A stretch of DNA of 58,658 nucleotides, filler included, from Globobulimina sp. (Eukaryota), in NCBI GenBank assembly GCA_003354225.1. It is 8 parts of 8 records of this genome, joined end to end, with 100 filler letters (N's around TTAATTAATTAA, not from the genome) between each part and the next. Parts side by side here need not be neighbours in the genome. Positions count along the whole stretch, not along the records: positions 7,357 to 14,612 come from PIVH01000179.1; positions 14,713 to 21,964 come from PIVH01000180.1; 6 more parts are not named here. One strand, written 5' to 3'. Shown one piece after another: positions 12,218 through 20,649 of the stretch. A program made the position numbers and the translations under genes. Under the pieces are notes generated by a model. It saw nothing but the letters and a program-made list of their open reading frames with translations, had not been told where the DNA came from and did no database searches. The number at the start of each line of letters is the position of its first letter. The stretch's first letter is position 1.

Positions 12218-13038
12218 ATGGCAGAACGCAGCGGACTTTTCAGTGACGAATTGATGTATTTCGAGGATATTACCCACGACAATACGACCAATGTTAGTAT
12301 TGATGTATTCGACAATGGTACCTATATTTTGCGGCATAAAGCAAATATGCGCAAATGGAAGAAGATGACCGCGTATAATAAGAAGAAGAATAAGTCGAAT
12401 AAGACGAACAAGAAACCGGTTTATGTGCCTGCGGCTGTGCGAGGATTTGATATATCGGTTTTATTGGCAAAGGAGCTGAATAAGACCATCGAGGTAAGGC
12501 CGACGAATGAAGAGGGATTAATCAGTGAGGCAGCGAGTATTTGCGTACATGACAAGCAAATTGCGATGTTGCGAGGTGTGAACTAATAATTTGTATAATT
12601 AATTTTTATACAGTTCATGTGGACGGAGCACGTAAGGAAGTAAATCGTGCGAGACATCATATTTCGGCGAAAAGAGAAGAGAAATTGTGGAATAAAGTGA
12701 AAAAATATGGATTTGATTTTGACCGTATTCGTTTAAGTGCGGAGGAATCGCGATTAATGGCGGCCAGATGCAAGCATAGAACATGTAAAATGGAAAAGGA
12801 TTTGGAGGAATTGTTGAAAGAAGGGGGCCGATGGTTGAATGGAAAGAAATCATTTATGGCTCGTCGGGTACATAAGCAGGACAATCCCGGCGATGTAATT
12901 TATTACAAAGATAATGGGCGATATGGAAAGAGAGTGGATCGAGAGTGGTTATTGGATCAGGCGAAGAATGTTATGGATGATTGGAGGAATGGAGTTAAAA
13001 TTTATGTTAACCCAATCACTGATGAAGGCTGCGTTTAA
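12218..13038 (+). CDS. Basic hypothetical protein of about 260 aa (intron 12576-12613)
   Basis: A 38-nt GT-AG intron joins ORFs 12218-12586 and 12619-13038 in frame (..MLR-V-HVDGARKE..). Confidence 0.65.
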
Positions 13039-13396
13039 TGTGTTTGCTTGTTTTATTTTTTTTATAATGTGTTTGCCATAATGTGTTTGCATGTACTTTT
13101 TTTTTCAATACGTACACTATATAATTTTAATTACTTTTTTTTTATTAAAATAGATGTATACAATTAACTGATCGACCAGTCGATGACTAGCTCACTTTTA
13201 ATTAGTTTGCAAGACGTTCAAAGTTGTAAAGTACTTTGCAATTTAAAGACAATAATTAAATACATGCAAACACATAATTAATAAAAACAAATTAATTTAT
13301 AATTAAACAATAATTATGATGAATAATCAAAGACGTACAAATTGCGCATTTGCGCGCACAACACAAACAAACAAAAAAAAACAAACAAATTAATTG

Positions 13397-14200
13397 TCAA
13401 TTATGCCCATTAAACCAATTATTATCCAAATATCGCATAGGCGGCGGTGTGTCTTCTCTGCGCCGCCGCTGTCTCTGTCGAACTGATGAATAAAATATAT
13501 TATATCTGCGTTTTTTGGGAGGCGGCGGTGATAAACTTCTCGATTGCGATGCAGCGACAACCGGCGTATCATCACTTAAATCAATATCCGCTGCGGATTC
13601 GCTTCCTTCAATTAATTCCGTACTAGATTCGCCGCTGCCAATATCACTTAATTCCGCTGCGGATTCGCTGCCGGATCTGCTTCCGTCACTCGATCCCGTC
13701 GCAGATTCGCCAATTTCACTTAATTCCGCTGTCAATTCCGGATCGGAGCCTGCTTCAAATTGAAATCTACTGCGTTTACGGTGCCTTTTCATCGCGAATG
13801 TTTCGCCGCTGCCATCTTCATCAAATTCATTCTCTTCAAATTCATCCTCTTCAAATTCATCAAATTCGCTTACATCCGAATCATATTTCAATATCGGATT
13901 TTGACTCCAATCCGGTTCGATTGCCAATTGGTGATATGGTACTCCACAATGCATTACAAATCGCCTTCTTCTTCTCTGCGAGTGCGACGGAGACTGTGAT
14001 TGCGACGGAGACTTCGATTGCGACGGAGACTTCGATTGCGACGGAGACTTCGATTGCGACGGTGATGGTGATGGTGCTGGTGCTGGTGCTGGTGATGGAG
14101 ACTGTGTTAGCTCCGATTCACTAAACGGTGCCATAGGTCCGATATATGCTGGTGATGGCCGCCCTCGATACGTACCGAGTAACCCGAGTCGCGGTCCCAT
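13397..14200 (-). CDS. Low-complexity Ser/Pro/acidic protein with NLS-like motifs
   Basis: 267-aa ORF with SPSQSK repeats, SESAAELS repeats and PPPPKKRR. No domain recognised. Confidence 0.5.
   Translation of the reverse strand: MGPRLGLLGTYRGRPSPAYIGPMAPFSESELTQSPSPAPAPAPSPSPSQSKSPSQSKSPSQSKSPSQSQSPSHSQRRRRRFVMHCGVPYHQLAIEPDWSQNPILKYDSDVSEFDEFEEDEFEENEFDEDGSGETFAMKRHRKRSRFQFEAGSDPELTAELSEIGESATGSSDGSRSGSESAAELSDIGSGESSTELIEGSESAADIDLSDDTPVVAASQSRSLSPPPPKKRRYNIFYSSVRQRQRRRREDTPPPMRYLDNNWFNGHN
13983..14062. repeat. 18-bp tandem repeat (tgcgacggagacttcgat, about 4 copies) encoding SPSQSK
   Basis: Seen directly in the sequence. Confidence 0.9.
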
Positions 14201-14712
14201 ATTCGCATTGAAAACTTTCAGATCTAGTTATCCTTGCACAAGATTTCAGAAAGCAGAGATTGAATTAATTTAAATTATAATAAGTAAAAAAATTAAAAAA
14301 AAGTGAAACAATTCAGTCGATGTGTTTTTTTAGTTTAATTAGAATCGTCGCCAAGGGGAAGGTGGAGGTCCCTGTGATCTTTCTCTTTCTAAAAATTCTC
14401 TTTCTTTTTCATCAAATTCCAGATTAATTTCTTTAATCACATCAATTTCCGATTGTGTAGCTGGGGTTACTCCACTCCAATCAACAAATAAGTCAGGTGG
14501 ATCATAAAAACTACCATTTGATGATGGAGCAGGCGATAAATCCATGTAATTTGGTGATGGTACATTGGATTGTTTTGATCGCGACCATGGCGCAGTTTGT
14601 GCTTTTTGGGAANNNNNNNNNNNNNNNNNNNNNNNNNNNNNNNNNNNNNNNNNNNNTTAATTAATTAANNNNNNNNNNNNNNNNNNNNNNNNNNNNNNNN
14701 NNNNNNNNNNNN

Positions 14713-14919
14713 AGCGTTTGGGCCATCAAATCTAAAACGCCCCGCCAATACTCCTAATTGACCATCAGCAGCGCCTGTTAAGCCCGCGCCCCTCAATTGA
14801 TAATCATTAGTGCCATCATAGACCGTGGCAAATGTCTGATAACCTCCCACTAAAGGATCAAACACATCACCCGTAACACGCCTTAAAACTGGCTGTAAGA
14901 CTGGGTTTAAAACCGTCAT
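14713..14919 (-). CDS. Phage protein, N-terminal fragment, possibly a LamG/ConA-like virion protein
   Basis: ATGA overlap at 14916-14919 gives MTVLNPVLQPVLR..YDGTNDYQLRGAGLTGAADG. The DGTNDY motif often opens LamG-like domains. Truncated by the contig end. Confidence 0.45.
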
Positions 14920-15236
14920 TGAACCGCTTCGACTGAAATAGTCCCGGAGGTGTAAGCCGTACACTCAAAACGATAGCGAACGTTCTTACGGGCGTTTGTG
15001 CCGACATTTTCTATAGGGGCGGTTATGGGAGAACCAACCGTGCGCCATACGCCGTCCTGATTGAAATCTCTCTGAAGTTCTACCGTGCCGACAAATGTGC
15101 CGGATATGCTTACGTCAAAATTGCCCTTGTCTGCAAAAGGGAATTGCCCTTGACCGGCAATATCTAATACGCCAGTACCGGTGAAATCTGCTGATATGTT
15201 TAAAGTGTTTTGACCTATGGGTGACTTGATTGCCAT
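14916..15236 (-). CDS. Small beta-rich phage protein, 106 aa
   Basis: AGGAG SD. The pattern ISGTFVGTVELQRDF..W..YRFECTAYTSGTI is one I recognise from phage hypothetical proteins. Confidence 0.75.
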   Translation of the reverse strand: MAIKSPIGQNTLNISADFTGTGVLDIAGQGQFPFADKGNFDVSISGTFVGTVELQRDFNQDGVWRTVGSPITAPIENVGTNARKNVRYRFECTAYTSGTISVEAVQ

Positions 15237-15274
15237 GAATTTCTCCTAGTTTTTTAGGAGTATAACATAAAGTT

Positions 15275-15418
15275 TTACTTTTTCTTTCTCTTTTTTTTGG
15301 CGCGTCCAGCCTTAGAAAGAGCAATGGCAATGGCGGTCTTCTGTGGCTTGCCTTCACTCCTGAGTTTAGAAATATTCTTTGACACAGTTGCTTTCGATCG
15401 TCCTTTTTTGAGTGGCAT
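15275..15418 (-). CDS. Small basic phage protein, 47 aa ([38 protein letters not shown]...)
   Basis: Translated by hand (below the track cutoff). Matches the common phage MPLKKG..QAxAIAL type. Confidence 0.8.
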   Translation of the reverse strand: MPLKKGRSKATVSKNISKLRSEGKPQKTAIAIALSKAGRAKKKRKKK

Positions 15419-15541
15419 CTATCCACCTATGAATTGTGCGAGTTCTTGAGACATAAAACTACCAGCAGCAGTAACTACCGATCCTGTGATAATACCATAT
15501 AAATACCATCTTATTCTAGCCGAAACATCTTTTCGTTTCAT
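15419..15541 (-). CDS. 40-aa putative membrane peptide (MKRKDVSARIRWYLYGIITGSVVTAAGSFMSQELAQFIGG)
   Basis: GGAG SD upstream. Its stop abuts the ATG of the next gene. Confidence 0.6.
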   Translation of the reverse strand: MKRKDVSARIRWYLYGIITGSVVTAAGSFMSQELAQFIGG

Positions 15542-15555
15542 GTGAAACACTCCGA

Positions 15556-15585
15556 AAAAGGAGGGAGGCTTTTTACACCTCCCCC
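15556..15585 (-). terminator. Intrinsic terminator closing the hfa-like cassette
   Basis: Minus strand GGGGGAGGTGTAAAAAGCCTCCCTCC-TTTTT, starting 12 nt after the stop at 15597. Confidence 0.8.
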
Positions 15586-15596
15586 AAGTTTACCAG

Positions 15597-16226
15597 CTAG
15601 TGCTTAATAACAACCACGTTCACACGGTTTTGAGCCGTTTGAGTGATGTTGTCGGCATGGGCCACTGCTGACACGTTGCCAGCGACCTGCAAGCTAGATG
15701 AGAATTGATGTGTATCAATATCTACTATATTTCCATTAGGATTTTTCATGGTGATATCAATAAGGTTAATATCATTAGCTGCTACCTGCGTAACATCATC
15801 AAGACCATGTGCGATGGAAACGTTACCAGCAATCTGCGCGTTGCTAACACTCTGGCCTACATGAACGTCTTGATCTCCCATATACCAAACACCATCTTTA
15901 TCATTGATAACAACTTCATTGGCGAGGTTATAGGCGGTTTGGTCTACATCATCACCATGCCAAGCCAAGGCAACGTTACCGGCAATCTGATCAGCATAGA
16001 CGCGCTGGTGAGATCGGTAATCATCATTGTAGGCATCAGTGTCTACAGCTTCGTAAGTATTGGCAACGTTAACCGCTGTCTGCTCAACATTATCGATGCT
16101 ACCAGCAGCGCTAAAGTTGACCGCCAATTGATGACCAACAAAGAGTTGGTTGTTTACGTAGTCATCAGCAGAGGCCGGGGATACGAGGGCAAAGATTGCC
16201 AAGAGTCCTAAAAGTGATTTAATCAT
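15597..16226 (-). CDS. Secreted repeat protein, putative functional-amyloid or beta-solenoid subunit (occupies the HfaD position; curlin/FapC-like)
   Basis: Signal peptide ending ASA. Four repeats of about 36 aa with consensus Q-x5-QxAxN-x7-D[DN][VI]xQxAxNxxN. ATGA overlap with the upstream CsgG/HfaB gene. Confidence 0.75.
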   Translation of the reverse strand: MIKSLLGLLAIFALVSPASADDYVNNQLFVGHQLAVNFSAAGSIDNVEQTAVNVANTYEAVDTDAYNDDYRSHQRVYADQIAGNVALAWHGDDVDQTAYNLANEVVINDKDGVWYMGDQDVHVGQSVSNAQIAGNVSIAHGLDDVTQVAANDINLIDITMKNPNGNIVDIDTHQFSSSLQVAGNVSAVAHADNITQTAQNRVNVVVIKH

Positions 16227-17092
16227 GTTATATCTTCCTGTTTTTCTAAATGTGCGTCCTTGATTGTATTGCCCTCAGGACGTTTAGAGGGGAGTAAAAA
16301 GTCGCATGTATCATCGGCGTTTAAAATATCCTTGGCTATTCTCCAGGCCGCTACTTCAGTGATATAGCGTGCCGTCCATTGTGAGGGGGAGTTGGTTTGT
16401 ACCCCGCCATTGAAATCAGTGAGATTGTCACCAAAGAACTTAAAGACGTTTGCCTTGATCTCTGAGCCATAGATACGCTTGGCTATGGTATTGGAGTAAT
16501 ACAGCTTGGTCGATACTGTTTGCCAGACCTGGAAGTCCGCAGCGACAAGCATCTCGTAGTCTCGGAAACCCGCACCAAATCCTGCAACGTCCAATTCAGC
16601 ACCGCCGCTAGATGTATCCCAGTCCAGATTATTAAAAGCACCAGTGATAAATAAATCAGAACCGCGCATAGAGCCCTTTTTAATCGGACGGAACTTAATA
16701 CTCTTGCCATCCACAACGATACTTTTGCCATCTCCTAATATGCCCTGCTTGGCGTATTTAATCTCCCACTCAGTAACGGCTGTTTGGTGACGGTTAACCA
16801 TTGGGATTCCGGTTTTACCGAGCGCAGCCACCAGCATTTCGGTAGCGCTTAGGGGTAGAGGCGCGCCTTCACCGTCCTGAGTGTATCTGTTGGTTTTATC
16901 CGCAATGTTATGGACGCCAACATGAACCTCTGTGGAAAACTTCTGCAAGCATCGGAGGGCGCTTGAGATAGGTGTATCACCTACAGAGGGGAAATCCCTT
17001 GATATATGCTTAACTTCCTCTACAGCAACGCTCTGAGCGCACGCGGAGAGGGTTAAGACTGCGAGTCCTAGCAATAGCTTACGGCGTAACAT
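16223..17092 (-). CDS. hfaB: CsgG/HfaB-family outer-membrane secretion lipoprotein
   Basis: Lipobox LSAC. HfaB-like blocks TPISSALRCL, VGVHNIADKT, EMLVAALGKTG..VNR, EIKYA, GSDLFITGAF, KRIYGSEIKANVFKFFG. GGGGA SD before the ATG at 17092 (track start 17101). Confidence 0.88.
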   Translation of the reverse strand: MLRRKLLLGLAVLTLSACAQSVAVEEVKHISRDFPSVGDTPISSALRCLQKFSTEVHVGVHNIADKTNRYTQDGEGAPLPLSATEMLVAALGKTGIPMVNRHQTAVTEWEIKYAKQGILGDGKSIVVDGKSIKFRPIKKGSMRGSDLFITGAFNNLDWDTSSGGAELDVAGFGAGFRDYEMLVAADFQVWQTVSTKLYYSNTIAKRIYGSEIKANVFKFFGDNLTDFNGGVQTNSPSQWTARYITEVAAWRIAKDILNADDTCDFLLPSKRPEGNTIKDAHLEKQEDIT

Positions 17093-17444
17093 TGTTATCA
17101 TCCCCGCTTACATTCGTTGCGGTTTGATCATCGCCGTTTTGATTGGCGTTAGTGTTTACATATTCGCTTTCACTAACAACAATTTGATTTTGGATGTTTG
17201 TAGAGGCTTGATAAGTGCCTATATCGGCATGATCGATTGAGCCTGTGTAGGAGTTGTAATTGGTGTTGTAGGTCTTAGAGGTGCCTAAGCCGTTTTTTTT
17301 CATCTCTTGCATGTAAAGCTTTTGAAGCCGTACTGATTTAGATATTGGGTCTTCAAATTGCCATGCTCTAGACTCTTTAAAGCCGCCAGCTTGTGCCGTT
17401 CCTGCAACGAATAGAAAGAATACTAATGCTGTTAACATCTTCAT
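17079..17444 (-). CDS. HfaA-like small secreted protein, 121 aa
   Basis: Signal peptide (AQA). N/Q/T-rich C-terminus ASTNIQNQIVVS..VNTNANQNG..QTA resembles that of HfaA. First gene of the cassette; overlaps the hfaB-like gene; GGGAGA SD. Confidence 0.65.
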   Translation of the reverse strand: MKMLTALVFFLFVAGTAQAGGFKESRAWQFEDPISKSVRLQKLYMQEMKKNGLGTSKTYNTNYNSYTGSIDHADIGTYQASTNIQNQIVVSESEYVNTNANQNGDDQTATNVSGDDNNVTP

Positions 17445-17684
17445 AATAAGGTCTCCCTGTTATGTTTTTTAGTTTTTATTAACTAAAACGGTATAACAAA
17501 GGAGAGTGCAAACATATTCTTTTTAGACGTATAGTTGCATTTTTACAATTGTATGTTGTAATTATAACACGATTAATCCTGTAGTCCTTCTATGATCAAC
17601 CACATACTGACACCAAAGGCACACCACACCAGAAGGAACCCACAGAGATTACCTAATGATTTAGATAATTCTAATATTCTCTCT

Positions 17685-17999
17685 CTAGTAAAATGCACGG
17701 GATGTTGTCCTACAAGGGTTGCATTGCCTGTTCCATATGCCTTCGCTCATAAAGGTATTACCGCATACGATACAGCTTCTCTTTTTCTTCACTTTAACGC
17801 CTAAGCCTAGTTTGACCTTTTGTTTGCTGACTTCACTGGCTTTTATTTTCATCATCTTGGCAATTTCTGCCGTTGCATAACCCTCTTCGTGGTAGGATTC
17901 CAGCAGGGCTATTTGTTTATCTCCCCACACAAAGCCTAGTTGATTATCTATTTCTTCATCTAAATCAAAGAAATCTGGCTGCTCATTCTCTAATGGCAT
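17685..17999 (-). CDS. GcrA-like HTH plus C4 zinc-finger regulator
   Basis: WGDKQIALL..EGYATAEIAKMM..V..KLGL resembles the GcrA N-terminal HTH. Followed by RSCIVCG..FMSEGIWNRQCNPC. Confidence 0.65.
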   Translation of the reverse strand: MPLENEQPDFFDLDEEIDNQLGFVWGDKQIALLESYHEEGYATAEIAKMMKIKASEVSKQKVKLGLGVKVKKKRSCIVCGNTFMSEGIWNRQCNPCRTTSRAFY

Positions 18000-18017
18000 T
18001 GTTAGTCCCCCGACTGT

Positions 18018-18227
18018 TTAATCTTTGTTGCGCGGCTCACTTACTTTCAAACTCAGAAATGACTTGCCTGCTCTATCAGTCTTCAGCCATCCGGCTATCT
18101 CGAAGACGTCCCCCTCCTTAGCGTCTACTGGCAGTGTGAATGTTCCCTTTCTATCAGGGTGTGTGTCTTTGCCCTTGTCGTTCATGTGTAGGGCTCCAGA
18201 ACCGGGGTTCCATTTAAAGTTACTCAT
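18018..18227 (-). CDS. DUF736-like putative ssDNA-binding phage protein, 69 aa
   Basis: GALHMNDK..HPDRKG..IAGWLKTDRAGKSFLSLKV. GGAGAG SD before the ATG at 18227. Confidence 0.65.
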   Translation of the reverse strand: MSNFKWNPGSGALHMNDKGKDTHPDRKGTFTLPVDAKEGDVFEIAGWLKTDRAGKSFLSLKVSEPRNKD

Positions 18228-18237
18228 TCTCTCTCTC

Positions 18238-18645
18238 CTATGTTTTAGGCAATATTCTAGGCAAATTCGATGGCGTAAAATTACAAACAAACCAAGGATA
18301 ATAATCATCTAAATTTTCTGTTCCTACCCTCATCCAGATATGACCTGTTTCAACGTCAACCATCTCGATAATATCTGAATCTTCTTGATAATCTCCTTTG
18401 TCTACATGACGACAAACAATGTCCCTTTGAATATAGTCAGGGTCCCAAAAATCGTATGCCGGACCATTACCTACTAAAATAGGGGCTGCTTGACTACTAT
18501 ATCCATCGTTTCTGTCTTCAAATACGAAATAAACTTTGTCATCCATAGCCCAAGCTATTCCTTCAACATCATCTGTAAATGGATGTCTAATATTAATAGC
18601 AACAGCCTCTAGTTTATGTTTTCCTACTAAATCTTTTAGTTCCAT
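18238..18645 (-). CDS. Phage hypothetical protein, 135 aa
   Basis: ORF with AAGGAAG SD, in operon context. Confidence 0.75.
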   Translation of the reverse strand: MELKDLVGKHKLEAVAINIRHPFTDDVEGIAWAMDDKVYFVFEDRNDGYSSQAAPILVGNGPAYDFWDPDYIQRDIVCRHVDKGDYQEDSDIIEMVDVETGHIWMRVGTENLDDYYPWFVCNFTPSNLPRILPKT

Positions 18646-18972
18646 CTTCTCTTCCTTTCTTCCATAGCTAGTGGCTTTTGGGCATCCCAGAGTATGGGAA
18701 GGACTATGTTACACGTCCTAGGGATTAACCCCGCCTACTAAGCTCGCTTCCGGCTCTCGCCTATCTGTCTCTCGTTGCTAAGACAGTGCATTTGGCTATT
18801 TTTTAGGCCAGCCAACAATTTGGGTTAAACATATTGCAACACACCAAACTGCCTTTACCTTGAATCCATAACGGTCTCTGTACATGCCTCTAGTTGCTGC
18901 CAAGCAGAGCTAGAAAATTTTGGTTGTTTTTAACGAGGAAACCATCCTGTACTGGGGGAATTTTGTAAGGAA

Positions 18973-19002
18973 TTGACACTTTGTTTGTAAGTTTGTTACA
19001 AT
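18973..19002 (+). promoter_or_regulatory. Sigma70-type promoter antisense to the phage operon
   Basis: TTGACA (18973-18978), 18-nt spacer, TACAAT (18997-19002) with an extended TG. Confidence 0.75.
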
Positions 19003-19008
19003 GTGTCT

Positions 19009-19090
19009 ACGATCATTCTCAAATTCCCACCAAAGAAATTTAATGATCGTCATGACCTCGGACATTAACGTGTCGCGAGGTCGTTCTTTT
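19009..19090 (+). ncRNA. Candidate antisense small RNA of about 80 nt (two hairpins, U-rich tail)
   Basis: Starts about 7 nt after the -10 box. Stem acgatcatt/aatgatcgt, then terminator-like gacctcg-gaca..tgtc-g-cgaggtc followed by gttctttt. Confidence 0.6.
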
Positions 19091-19093
19091 ACT

Positions 19094-19291
19094 CTAGGGT
19101 TTGTTTATTTTATTGTCAAGTTTCCCGGGGCGCATACCTGATATTAGTCCTATAATAAAATGTGTGGCGAAGGTTGCTAAAACGACAGCGAATGCAAACC
19201 AATAAGATTCTACGATAACAAAATGTGCCATTGTCCCGCCAAAAAGAGTATCTCTTATACTGAATCTAGATTTTATCATAAAATTAATCAT
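19094..19291 (-). CDS. Small membrane protein, 65 aa
   Basis: Hydrophobic segments; AAGGA SD. Confidence 0.6.
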   Translation of the reverse strand: MINFMIKSRFSIRDTLFGGTMAHFVIVESYWFAFAVVLATFATHFIIGLISGMRPGKLDNKINKP

Positions 19292-19309
19292 GTGCTGTTC
19301 CTTTTGCTG

Positions 19310-19480
19310 TCAAGTTTGCATATCATGTTCAATTATTATTCGACCTATCTCATCCATAGTTTTACCGAACAACAACATAGTTCCTTCATTGTTAAAAATC
19401 TCTTTTCTAACGGTATCCCATGAAATCATAACTTTGTTATTATTAATATCTTCAACGATAAGAACTTCATTCTGTTTCAT
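19310..19480 (-). CDS. Phage hypothetical protein, 56 aa
   Basis: ATGA overlap at 19477-19480; translated by hand (MKQNEVLIVED...). Confidence 0.55.
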   Translation of the reverse strand: MKQNEVLIVEDINNNKVMISWDTVRKEIFNNEGTMLLFGKTMDEIGRIIIEHDMQT

Positions 19481-19845
19481 TTCACCATCCTCAACTTTCC
19501 ATCTCGTTCTAGCTTATCCTTAGTCCCCTGCATTTTGTCGTAGTTGTCTGCAAGGCGCTTTCGCTCATCTTCGTCATAGTCTAAAAAACGTGCTTGATGT
19601 AGATACACCTGAAACCCCGGAACGAACTTTAACTCCTCTTCCGGTGTGGTCATACACATGGATTTGATAGCCTCTAAGAGCGCTTCCTCTGTCTCTGTAA
19701 CCTTTCCTAGCTTGATAGGGCTAGAATCCACTCTAGCAACGCATTGGTGGCCTGTGGTGGTTATTTCCTGCCATAGAGCGCGGGAGGAGGCTTTTTTAGA
19801 TCGGTTAGCGTGGTGGGGGTAGGTGGACCAGGCTGTGTTAAACAT
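19477..19845 (-). CDS. Protein resembling the C-terminal domain of phage replication initiators
   Basis: FNTAWSTYP..KK..W and KFVPGFQVYLHQARFLD match the F..FW..YP.K / Y(I)P...WLN..RW.D pattern. No N-terminal HTH. Confidence 0.65.
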   Translation of the reverse strand: MFNTAWSTYPHHANRSKKASSRALWQEITTTGHQCVARVDSSPIKLGKVTETEEALLEAIKSMCMTTPEEELKFVPGFQVYLHQARFLDYDEDERKRLADNYDKMQGTKDKLERDGKLRMVK

Positions 19846-20164
19846 TGCCGGCGCTCCTGGCTTTTAGGGCGGCTATGCAGATGGCTAGGGGTGCACTCAT
19901 TGAAAAACCTTGGTGAAATTCAGCGTATTCTGGTGCGTTATCAACATTAGAAAAAGCTGCCATCCATTGCAAATCTACGTTTTGGCCTAAAGATAATAAC
20001 CAGTCTTCAGACACCAACGTTAAAGCACCATCTATGGATGTTGTGAAAGGTGTTAGTGTTGCCCCCTCTTTTAAATCGAGCGCTCTACAAATATCCACAT
20101 CTAGATTAAAACTACCCTCTGTAGCCTCTTCAAGCTGTGCTATTAGGTCTTCTATATCAGCCAT
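19838..20164 (-). CDS. Phage protein, ABA-sandwich-like
   Basis: LIAQLEEATEGS..LDVDI, FTTSIDGALTLV, APLAICIAALKAR. TAATG overlap with the upstream gene. Confidence 0.6.
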   Translation of the reverse strand: MADIEDLIAQLEEATEGSFNLDVDICRALDLKEGATLTPFTTSIDGALTLVSEDWLLSLGQNVDLQWMAAFSNVDNAPEYAEFHQGFSMSAPLAICIAALKARSAGNV

Positions 20165-20649
20165 TAGTCTCCCCCCGGTGGTGTGGGTAGTGGTTGCCAT
20201 TTATCTGGACCATAACCCTCTATAAATGATTGCCGCCCCTCGCTGTCATACCAAGACCAGACAACACCGTTATATGTAGCCTCATAAACATGATCTCCAT
20301 TAGCTATTATAACAGGCGTGTGGATAGGCGCATAATCTATGTTTTGCCATTGGTCTTTAATAACAAATAGATTACCAGTAGGTCCGGCTTTCAATTGTTC
20401 AACGTCTTCTGGTGTTAGTTTTTCAGGGTCGAAGACAGGGGGTTGTTCTTCAGCTAATTCATCAAGTAATTTTACCCATGTTTCTAATTGACCGTGACTA
20501 GGCCAAAGTCCGCATGGTATAGTCATAATTGCTGTACCGTCATAAGTCTCTAAGCCTTCTTTGTCTCGGTTTTCTTTATTATGCTTCAGCCAGTCCTTCA
20601 TAATTGAAGACATTATTTTCAAGCCTATGTGTTTGTCTGCCATCTTCAT
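20164..20649 (-). CDS. Phage protein with C-terminal DUF551-like domain
   Basis: WQNIDYAP..VII..W..PDKWQPLPTPP. Confidence 0.75.
   Translation of the reverse strand: MKMADKHIGLKIMSSIMKDWLKHNKENRDKEGLETYDGTAIMTIPCGLWPSHGQLETWVKLLDELAEEQPPVFDPEKLTPEDVEQLKAGPTGNLFVIKDQWQNIDYAPIHTPVIIANGDHVYEATYNGVVWSWYDSEGRQSFIEGYGPDKWQPLPTPPGGD

Noticed and set aside
13397-14612. Convergent gene as a RAG2-like partner of the putative transposase
   Set aside because: Low-complexity sequence with no kelch or PHD features. No convincing terminal inverted repeats or RSS-like ends were seen in the contig.
17465-17580. CtrA-like TTAA-N7-TTAA boxes upstream of the hfaA-like gene
   Set aside because: Only one-mismatch matches in very AT-rich DNA; expected by chance.
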